Positions 56,864 to 64,000 of a DNA stretch of 64,000 nt are shown here, piece by piece (positions within the stretch are counted from its first letter, which is position 1; the number at the start of each line of letters is the position of its first letter). The notes under the pieces were generated by a model that had not been told where the DNA came from, did no database searches, and saw only the letters and a list, made by a program, of their open reading frames with translations. Made by a program: the position numbers and the translations under genes. The DNA comes from an uncultured virus (IMG/VR IMGVR_UViG_3300009605_000022) (Duplodnaviria > Heunggongvirae > Uroviricota > Caudoviricetes), in the IMG/VR virus record IMGVR_UViG_3300009605_000022. One strand, given 5' to 3'.

Positions 56864-57837
56864 TGACAGAAACTAAATGGACAGCGAGTCACATGAGGCT
56901 CAGCCCAAGTAAGATTAATACTTACATGAAATGCCCCCGAGAGTTCTACTATAACTATATAGCTAAACTCCCACAAAAGAAAACAATACATTTGTTCAGA
57001 GGAACATTAGTACACAAAGTCTTAGAAGAACTTTTTAAGCAACAATTTAAAACTTTACCACAATGGGAGAAAGGAGAACCTAAGGTATGGGTACAAGAAC
57101 AATTCGAAAAAGGATGGGAAGAAAAGATAGCTAAACACAAATGGTTATGGGACGTACACACTGATTTAGAAATGGATGCTATGTATAAAGAGACAGAAGC
57201 ACTATTACAAAACTTTGTAGACTCTGTAGATAAGAAACTAACAGAAATGGTTGAATGGAAGATATTCCGTAATAAACAACAAGCATGGAATGCAGTAGCA
57301 CCTAAGTATGCTGAGAAGTGGGTTAAGTCTCACGAGTATGCAATCGTAGGAGTTATAGATGTTGTATGTAATGATTTCGATGGTGGCACTACACTACTTG
57401 ATTATAAGACATCAAAAAGATATGGACCATACCTACCAGAAGAATATTACAGGCAGTTAATTATTTATGCCTTTTTATATACGTTAGAGATGGGAGAGAT
57501 GCCTAACTTTGTAGGTGTTAACTATCTTCGTTTTGATGATACATTCTTTGTTAAGGTAGGACAAAAGGAACTTGATGAAGCTAAAGACTTAATTAAGATG
57601 GTACACGATTGTATCAAAGAACGTCAAGAGTATGAAGACAGATATGAACAGAAACCACAGAACTTATGTAAGTGGTGTTCTTTCCATAAATCTCAAGGTG
57701 GACCCTGTGATGCTGAAGTTCCAAAATGGGAACCAAAGTTCAAAAAACGTAAAAAAGAAAATTATGCAGATATATCAAAAGATTCTAAATTGAACATAGA
57801 ATTAGAAAATCAGGACCAGTTTCCAGACTACGACTAA
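56863..57837 (+). CDS. Cas4/RecB-like PD-(D/E)XK exonuclease
   Basis: LSPSKI....CP, GTLVH, GVID, DYKT, QL..Y, C..C....C. Confidence 0.85.
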   Translation: MTETKWTASHMRLSPSKINTYMKCPREFYYNYIAKLPQKKTIHLFRGTLVHKVLEELFKQQFKTLPQWEKGEPKVWVQEQFEKGWEEKIAKHKWLWDVHTDLEMDAMYKETEALLQNFVDSVDKKLTEMVEWKIFRNKQQAWNAVAPKYAEKWVKSHEYAIVGVIDVVCNDFDGGTTLLDYKTSKRYGPYLPEEYYRQLIIYAFLYTLEMGEMPNFVGVNYLRFDDTFFVKVGQKELDEAKDLIKMVHDCIKERQEYEDRYEQKPQNLCKWCSFHKSQGGPCDAEVPKWEPKFKKRKKENYADISKDSKLNIELENQDQFPDYD

Positions 57838-57874
57838 GGAAACCTTTATATAAGCGCGTGATGTAAAATATAAC

Positions 57875-58831
57875 ATGGCGCGCGATGATTATGGAGCTAT
57901 CTCTGTAATCTCTGATGATGAACGTGAAGCATTAGGGATAGGAGGTAGAAGACCAGACGATGAAGAAGAAGGTCTTTTTGAGACCATTGGTAAAGCTGGA
58001 GATAAACTTGGAGAAACTAAATTAGGTAAAAAACTAGGTTCTATACTTACGGTACTATTATTAACTATGTTTGGCAGCGGCGCTGTAGATGTCGGTATGC
58101 TACAAGATATTTTTGGAGGAGAGGAAGAGCCCATATCAAAGGGTGGATGTATGGACGTTGGAGCTGTCAATTTTAAAAGTGATGCAACTTTTGATAACGG
58201 CAGTTGTGTATTCCCCCCTCCTGTAGTGTATGGATGTACAAATCCAGATGCAGATAATTATAACGCACAGGCTACCCATGATAATGGGCGATGTCAATTT
58301 CTTGGTGGGAGTCCTAACAACAACACAAATAACAATGAGACACAGACAAACGAGACAGTTTATGGGTGTATGGACTTAGAAGCTGAGAACTATAATGACC
58401 GAGCTGAGGAAGATGATGGAAGCTGTGAGTATGAAGAGTATGATTGTACAGCTAACCATACTTATTTTTATAATGGTTTACAATACGGAAACTATTCTAG
58501 AGAAGACAACTCTTTAAATATTACAGTAGACATAGATACAGACTGTGACCTAGACACATTACCAGTTATGGTTTATTATGACATAGGTCATATGAAGGTA
58601 GTGGACAACGAAACAGTGTGGAATGGTTATATGTTTAATAATTACTTTTTTAACGTAACTGGTTGGGAAGGTAATGAATATCAACTATCCTCAGGGGTAG
58701 AATACTTTACAGAACCTTATACAGGATGGTATATGGTATATGTGAATTTATACGCAGACTACAATAGAGATGGTGAGTATGAATACGTAAATTACTTTTA
58801 CATAGAAGAAATTATATTGGAGGAGGAATGA
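57875..58831 (+). CDS. Membrane-anchored protein with three GC(M/T)(D/N)..A.N(Y/F)...A..D(N/D)G.C repeats
   Basis: TM helix followed by three Cys/Asp-rich repeats; TATA at 57840-57852. Confidence 0.75.
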   Translation: MARDDYGAISVISDDEREALGIGGRRPDDEEEGLFETIGKAGDKLGETKLGKKLGSILTVLLLTMFGSGAVDVGMLQDIFGGEEEPISKGGCMDVGAVNFKSDATFDNGSCVFPPPVVYGCTNPDADNYNAQATHDNGRCQFLGGSPNNNTNNNETQTNETVYGCMDLEAENYNDRAEEDDGSCEYEEYDCTANHTYFYNGLQYGNYSREDNSLNITVDIDTDCDLDTLPVMVYYDIGHMKVVDNETVWNGYMFNNYFFNVTGWEGNEYQLSSGVEYFTEPYTGWYMVYVNLYADYNRDGEYEYVNYFYIEEIILEEE

Positions 58832-58961
58832 AGGCTAGAGAAATGCTAGTCCTTACAAATATGTTAGCGAAAATTATATCAGAAGTGGATGACTTGAAAA
58901 GAATGATTAGCAAATCAGTTAATGACGATTTTAGAGAAAACTACACTGAAGGTGAAGAGGA

Positions 58962-59492
58962 GTGATTGAATGGATAAGTATACTAGAAATATTGGCAGTA
59001 ACAATGGCAGCGTCAGCTACCATATTAATGCTAGTAATAATAGTGCAATTTGCGCGCCGCATGATGCCAAGTATACCACCCAAGAAAGTAGTGCTGATAG
59101 AACAAACAAAAGAAAAGGAGAAACCAAAAATGAGTAAAGAAGCAAAGGAAGGAGTTACATTTAATGACCTATTTATGTTTATGATTGCAGTACCTCTAGT
59201 TTTACTGTGGGTTGGATTTGCAGGGTTCGTTATACATAGCGGACTTGGTAAACCTGAAGTTCTTGAAAACATTGAAGCATACACAACTTTAATAGCTATA
59301 TTAGGTGGGCCAGCCCTTCTAATTATTAAAGATGCTCTAGATGTTTGGAAACAAGAACAAGCAGAGAAAACAGCATTCTACAAGATTAAAGCACAATCTG
59401 TTATTGATTATAATGAATCTACACAGAAGCAAGCACAAATGATAGAAGCTAAGGCACAAGAACAAGAACATAAGATGGAGATAAAAAAATGA
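58962..59492 (+). CDS. Three-TM membrane protein
   Basis: Three hydrophobic segments and a coiled-coil tail. Confidence 0.7.
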   Translation: MIEWISILEILAVTMAASATILMLVIIVQFARRMMPSIPPKKVVLIEQTKEKEKPKMSKEAKEGVTFNDLFMFMIAVPLVLLWVGFAGFVIHSGLGKPEVLENIEAYTTLIAILGGPALLIIKDALDVWKQEQAEKTAFYKIKAQSVIDYNESTQKQAQMIEAKAQEQEHKMEIKK

Positions 59493-59616
59493 ACGACTTT
59501 GAGATGAAACAAATGAGAGCTGAGCTAGATGGACTACATGAGACAGTAGAAGTATTGTTAGCATGTATAGGCAAAGATATGTACGCAGAGCACGACTGCT
59601 GTTGTGATGAGAGCGG

Positions 59617-59868
59617 TTGCTGCGTAACCGAGGAAGAATAAACATGGTAGAAGAACCAGATTTTATGAATAAACAAAAGAAGGCTTTTGGTATTTACAAA
59701 GGAGATGGTAGTGGAGAAGTTAACACAAATCCTGAACAAGGAACACCCAATGCAGATTGGTGTGAGAAAGTTAATTCATTACCAACCTATAGTGCACCTA
59801 ATGGTAACAAGGAAACTTACACCGACAAGGACTATAGATTTAAACCAAAAGACGATTACATAGACTAG
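59617..59868 (+). CDS. Hypothetical protein (start probably at MVEEP)
   Basis: GAGG RBS before the internal ATG. Confidence 0.5.
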   Translation: MLRNRGRINMVEEPDFMNKQKKAFGIYKGDGSGEVNTNPEQGTPNADWCEKVNSLPTYSAPNGNKETYTDKDYRFKPKDDYID

Positions 59869-59878
59869 GATTGATTCT

Positions 59879-59998
59879 ATGGCTTATGTAAAGAAAAACA
59901 AAAACGGGGTCCCCCGAAAGAAACCTACCAAGCGTAGGGTGAAGAAAGGTGAGAAGGCCTTCCGTGGAAAAGACGGAAAACTCAGGAAAAAGAAATAA
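59879..59998 (+). CDS. 39-aa highly basic protein
   Basis: MAYVKKNKNGVPRKKPTKRR...; TAATG coupling. Confidence 0.55.
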   Translation: MAYVKKNKNGVPRKKPTKRRVKKGEKAFRGKDGKLRKKK

Positions 59999-60258
59999 TG
60001 GCAATAAGTAATAAACAAGTAGCAAAAACAAACAAGAAAGAAGGAATCGATAAAACTCTAACAATGAGGAAATCAGGTTCTGGAGAAAAAGTCTTCAGCC
60101 ACGTTGGCGGTAAGACCCATGCTTTAGAAAAGAATCCTATATCTAAAGAAACAGCTCTTAAACAAATTAGAGATGTAACAGAAACAGAGATAGCAGATAG
60201 AAAGCACCACGGTCACCACATAGGTAAAAGACAAGCAACCAAAGATACAAGGAAGTAA
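59998..60258 (+). CDS. Basic hypothetical protein
   Basis: 86-aa ORF. Confidence 0.6.
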   Translation: MAISNKQVAKTNKKEGIDKTLTMRKSGSGEKVFSHVGGKTHALEKNPISKETALKQIRDVTETEIADRKHHGHHIGKRQATKDTRK

Positions 60259-60436
60259 TAATGATATTTAGAAATGGTTCAGAAAAGAAACATGAATGTC
60301 TTTCACATGACCACTTTATGGATGAAGATGGTAAATCTTGGAGCGGTATGAATACAGCTGTTCCTAAGACACGTGAAGCATTGATGAAAAAGAAAGGACC
60401 AATTATAGGTAGGTCACCAGCAGGAGTTGATGAATA

Positions 60437-60604
60437 ATGGTAGCTAAGAAGAAAGGACTGTATGCAAACATACACGCCAAAAGAAAGCGCATTAAGAAAG
60501 GCTCTGGTGAGAAGATGAAGAAGAAAGGAGCTAAAGGACGACCTACAGCTAAACAATTTAAAAAAGCAGCAAAGACTGCTAAGAAAAGAGGCAAGAAGAA
60601 ATAA
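60437..60604 (+). CDS. 55-aa highly basic protein (GLYANIHAKRKR pattern)
   Basis: Not in ORF track; TAATG coupling on both sides. Confidence 0.7.
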   Translation: MVAKKKGLYANIHAKRKRIKKGSGEKMKKKGAKGRPTAKQFKKAAKTAKKRGKKK

Positions 60605-60891
60605 TGGCGCCTGCAAAGAAGAAGGATGCCAAATTAACAAGAGCGGGAGTATCAGGTTATAACAAACCTAAGCGAACGCCTAAACACCCAAAGAAATCAC
60701 ATGTAGTAGTTGCTAAAGAAGGTGGTAAGACTAAACTAATTAGATTTGGTCAACAAGGAGTAACTACAGCAGGTAAGAAAACAGACAAGAAATCTATGGC
60801 CCGAAGGAAGAGTTTTAAAGCGCGCCACGCTAAGAATATCAAGAAGGGAAAGATGTCTGCTGCATATTGGGCTGATAAAGTTAAATGGTAA
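60604..60891 (+). CDS. Basic protein of a common marine-virus type (KLIRFGQQG...SFKARH...SAAYWA)
   Basis: Motif recognition. Confidence 0.7.
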   Translation: MAPAKKKDAKLTRAGVSGYNKPKRTPKHPKKSHVVVAKEGGKTKLIRFGQQGVTTAGKKTDKKSMARRKSFKARHAKNIKKGKMSAAYWADKVKW

Positions 60892-61005
60892 GCTTTATAT
60901 ACTCAGGGGTGCTAATTATTATAGGCTCTCTCGTTAGGGCCAAGGCTTCATAGGATAGGCATACGCCAGTGTCCAAGAAGGAGCCCACAAAAAAAGGAGA
61001 CATAT

Positions 61006-61455
61006 ATGTCGAACAATACAACAAATGAAACAAATGATAACTCAACAGTACTAGATACTAATGAGACAGCAGATGGTAATTTATCTGCTATTATCGAGAG
61101 TGTAGAAGAATCAGGACTTTTGGATAGTCTAATGGATGAACCGTTATTGGTAGGACTCGTTGCAGTAGTATTAGGTCTTGGTGCTTACATAGCATACACA
61201 GTACCAGCTGTTAAAGCTTTAGTATTTAAATACTTAAAGAATAACGAAGCCGAACTTATGGAACTATTAGATAAAAACTTAACAAAAGTTCAGATGAAGG
61301 CATTCGAGAAGCTGGATGAAGCAGCTCAGAAGCACGTAAAGGACTCAATGGTCAAAAATGTTTTAGTCACCGCATGGGATGAGAAAGACGATGAATTAGC
61401 CGCATTGGTTAAATCAAAAGTCAAATCAGCTCTTGACGAAGGCAAAGCACTTTGA
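61006..61455 (+). CDS. Membrane protein with N-X-T/S sequons at the N-terminus
   Basis: NNTT, NET, NST, NET, NLS; one TM helix; own promoter at 60890. Confidence 0.7.
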   Translation: MSNNTTNETNDNSTVLDTNETADGNLSAIIESVEESGLLDSLMDEPLLVGLVAVVLGLGAYIAYTVPAVKALVFKYLKNNEAELMELLDKNLTKVQMKAFEKLDEAAQKHVKDSMVKNVLVTAWDEKDDELAALVKSKVKSALDEGKAL

Positions 61456-61802
61456 ACGTAGAGGAATACGAGCAGCGGTTACGTCAGCGAGTAGGAGAAG
61501 GGGAATATGAACGTCATAAAGAACTTGTACGCTTGCTGGCTCGCAATCTTGCTCTTGAAGACATACTGTGGGAAGAAATTCTTGTATCTATTCGGGATGT
61601 TAACAAAAGAACAGAGCTACTGCGACAGAGAAATTCAATCGTTCGTGACATACATACGGAGTTCCGAGCGTTAAATATAGAAGTGCCTACAGTGGCAGAA
61701 GAAAGAACAGCAGACTTTGCATCTTTCTTAGGAGATTTAGGAAATGACGACGACCAAGCTACCTCAGGGGGTAGCACCGCCAAGTCCAGTGAAGAGTCAT
61801 AA
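61452..61802 (+). CDS. Possible terminase small subunit
   Basis: Helical 116-aa ORF immediately before TerL. Confidence 0.45.
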   Translation: MNVEEYEQRLRQRVGEGEYERHKELVRLLARNLALEDILWEEILVSIRDVNKRTELLRQRNSIVRDIHTEFRALNIEVPTVAEERTADFASFLGDLGNDDDQATSGGSTAKSSEES

Positions 61803-63459
61803 AAGCACCATTACGGCATCAATAACCGGAACTGGGCTCCATGATTCAAGAGAGTTAGAGAATATATTCGAAAAGTGTAGACAAAGTCCTGACAAAATGT
61901 TGAAGTTGGTCAGAGCTTTTTGCGAAACGTACTTAATGGACCAAAAGCAACGACCTCTTAAACTTAGACCTTTACAGGAAGATATCATTGTAAATGCATT
62001 GACCTATCCCGAGAATGGAAAGCAACGTAAGTTAGCAATCCTAGCGCCAAGGGGCAGTGGGAAATCATTCGCACTTTCTGTAGCTGTATGTATCTATATG
62101 TTTTTTAATAGATTTAGAGACTTAGTGTTTATCTTGGCTCCAACTGAGGACCAAGCAGCTCTAATATTCAATTACTGTTATCGTCATTTTGCTGATAACA
62201 AATTCTTGGATAGCTTAGTAGACGGGTATCGTTTTCATAACAAGCCCAATATAACACTTAAGGGGGGCACTGTAATGCGCAGAGCTCCATTAGCGCCTAC
62301 TAATCAAGGACAAGCTATACGTGGACAACATCCAACTTTCTTAATAGTTGACGAGTCTCCGCTTATAGATGACCGATTGTTCATTGACAATGTAGAGCCT
62401 GCTATTGTTTCTAATAAAGCTCCTTTTATAAACTTGGGTACGCCTAAGTCAAAGGAGAATCATATGTATCGTTATCTTTATGATGACGCTTATGAACAGA
62501 CATTTACACGCATGCATTATACATGGAAGGATGCCATTAAAAAGGGCAACGCTTATGACCCACCGTACACCGAGGAGGAGATGCTCGACAAAATGATAGA
62601 GTGGGGAGAGGATTCCATATATTGGAGAACTGAATATGAATGCGAATTCGTTGAAAGTGTATCTAATGTATTCCAACCAGAAAAGGTGAAAGCATGTTAT
62701 GAGGATTACGAACTTACTAAAATCGATGGAGAAGTCAGAGGGCAGGGAGGCAGTAATATCACTGTTGCTGTTGACATTGGCAAATCTGTTAATTCTACTG
62801 TTATTAGTGCATGGCGTCTTGAAAAGTCTGATGCCGAGAATATTGCAAGAATGGTATACTGTGAAGAAATTAATGCACGAACTGGCGGACACGACATACC
62901 ATATCAGCGTAGACGTATCATGGACGTGGCTCTGGGTCTTAGTGCCGATAGGGTTATTATTGACGCTACTGGTATTGGTGGTGCGATTGAACAGGACATC
63001 AGAAGAGGATGTGTAGATAATGGTATTCACTTTATTGGTTTTGTTTTTACGGGCGGTCCTAAAGGAACTAAAACACAGATGTACAGGGATTACCAATCGT
63101 TTATCCAACAAGGAAGAGTAAAAGTACCTAATCCTAAACTTTTAAATAAAGACGACGCAAAAGTAATAAACAAATGGACCAGAGAACATTTCGATTTAGA
63201 ATACACTATGGATGCAGCTCAGAAGACTGAAAGGATATCTGCACCTAGTAATAAACATGATGATTACTGTGATAGCTCAGCAATGGGTATACACGCAACT
63301 TTGAGTATGTTACCATCTCAAGGAACATTTGCTTCAGCGTCTGTAAACAGACCTAGAAGAGTTGAAAGAGCGGAAAGACCAAATCACACTGGAGGTCCAC
63401 TTTTTGCAACAACAAGACGTAGAAATCAGCTAAATAAGCCTAGTTATACCAATTTGTGA
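61744..63459 (+). CDS. terL: Terminase large subunit
   Basis: LRPLQ, APRGSGKS, LIVDE, GTP, EYECEF, AVDIG, IDATGIG, HDDYCDS. Confidence 0.95.
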   Translation: MTTTKLPQGVAPPSPVKSHKSTITASITGTGLHDSRELENIFEKCRQSPDKMLKLVRAFCETYLMDQKQRPLKLRPLQEDIIVNALTYPENGKQRKLAILAPRGSGKSFALSVAVCIYMFFNRFRDLVFILAPTEDQAALIFNYCYRHFADNKFLDSLVDGYRFHNKPNITLKGGTVMRRAPLAPTNQGQAIRGQHPTFLIVDESPLIDDRLFIDNVEPAIVSNKAPFINLGTPKSKENHMYRYLYDDAYEQTFTRMHYTWKDAIKKGNAYDPPYTEEEMLDKMIEWGEDSIYWRTEYECEFVESVSNVFQPEKVKACYEDYELTKIDGEVRGQGGSNITVAVDIGKSVNSTVISAWRLEKSDAENIARMVYCEEINARTGGHDIPYQRRRIMDVALGLSADRVIIDATGIGGAIEQDIRRGCVDNGIHFIGFVFTGGPKGTKTQMYRDYQSFIQQGRVKVPNPKLLNKDDAKVINKWTREHFDLEYTMDAAQKTERISAPSNKHDDYCDSSAMGIHATLSMLPSQGTFASASVNRPRRVERAERPNHTGGPLFATTRRRNQLNKPSYTNL

Positions 63460-63501
63460 CAAAAGCTTTATATACTATATTAACGTTAATTATAAATAGC
63501 C

Positions 63502-64000
63502 ATGTCGTTGATAGATAATATTAGGCGACGCTTTGCTCTAACAGGAAGCGCACCAGCCTTTGAAAAAGATGAGCCCCGCTCTTATGGGGACGGAGTTATC
63601 AAACGTATTGCATTAAGTAAGGGAGGTACCTCTTTTCAACAAAAGAAGTATGAACCTCATATTGGACGTCCAAGAACTTACATGAATGTATACCTAGCTG
63701 ACCCTATCGTTCGTAGTCTTATTGATTTACCATGTTTTTATGCGGTAAAAGATAACTATGACATAGTCACAGCTGATGATAGCTTAAGAGAAACAATAGA
63801 AACCATGTTCCGAGATATTAATATAGAGAATATATTATACGGGTGGTTGAGAAATGCCCGAGTTTTTGGTAATGGATACTTGGAGTGGACCGGCGATAAC
63901 TTAATTGTCCGTTCTAGCCAAAACATGTTTGTTAAAAGAGACAAGCATGGACAAATAGAATACTACTATCAGGATTTAGGAGATGATAAAGATTCTATAT
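63502..64000 (+). CDS. Probable portal protein, 3'-truncated
   Basis: Frame open from ATG 63502 to the window end; follows TerL; 'YLADPIVRSLID...ARVFGNGYLE'; TATA at 63461-63474. Confidence 0.7.
   Translation, partial: MSLIDNIRRRFALTGSAPAFEKDEPRSYGDGVIKRIALSKGGTSFQQKKYEPHIGRPRTYMNVYLADPIVRSLIDLPCFYAVKDNYDIVTADDSLRETIETMFRDINIENILYGWLRNARVFGNGYLEWTGDNLIVRSSQNMFVKRDKHGQIEYYYQDLGDDKDSI

Noticed and set aside
62449..63111. 220-aa antisense ORF within terL, and similar antisense ORFs in tail and replication genes
   Set aside because: Antisense shadows of well-supported genes with no recognisable motifs.
1..64000. tRNA genes, integrase, reverse transcriptase/DGR, major capsid protein
   Set aside because: None recognised by eye; the capsid genes probably lie outside the window beyond the portal. 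tRNAscan-SE was not run.

Overview
The window is about 64 kb of an AT-rich tailed dsDNA virus genome (Caudoviricetes, siphovirus-like tail). The host is probably an archaeon: TATA-box promoters, an aIF-1A homologue, an archaeo-eukaryotic primase, PolB and a Marine Group II-type 'GCMD..A.NY...A..DDGSC' repeat protein point to a Poseidoniales/magrovirus-like virus (inference, no database search run). Layout: 1-23 kb (+) collagen-like fibre, head-tail joining, two paralogous tail tube genes, frameshifting tail chaperones, tape measure and tail proteins. 23-46.7 kb (-) replication and metabolism: class II RNR, primase, glycosyltransferase, Sm/Hfq-like protein, PolB, MazG, aIF-1A, AAA+ ATPase, SSB-like protein, AbrB, Hsp20, WYL, phytoene synthase, resolvase, PDG, VWA plus MoxR. 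46.7-52.2 kb a gene-poor, probably early region. 52.3-64 kb (+) modification enzymes, Cas4-like nuclease, membrane and basic proteins, terminase and the start of the portal. The most unusual signal is at 47.3-50.7 kb: four modules of about 750-920 bp, each bounded by a CACACGTGTG-type palindrome and carrying two alternating promoter types. Their cargo includes long structured non-coding segments, two of which share a hairpin motif with compensatory base changes. Another closed, pseudoknotted RNA-like element of about 320 nt lies at 41.7-42.0 kb. All family calls come from motif recognition by eye.
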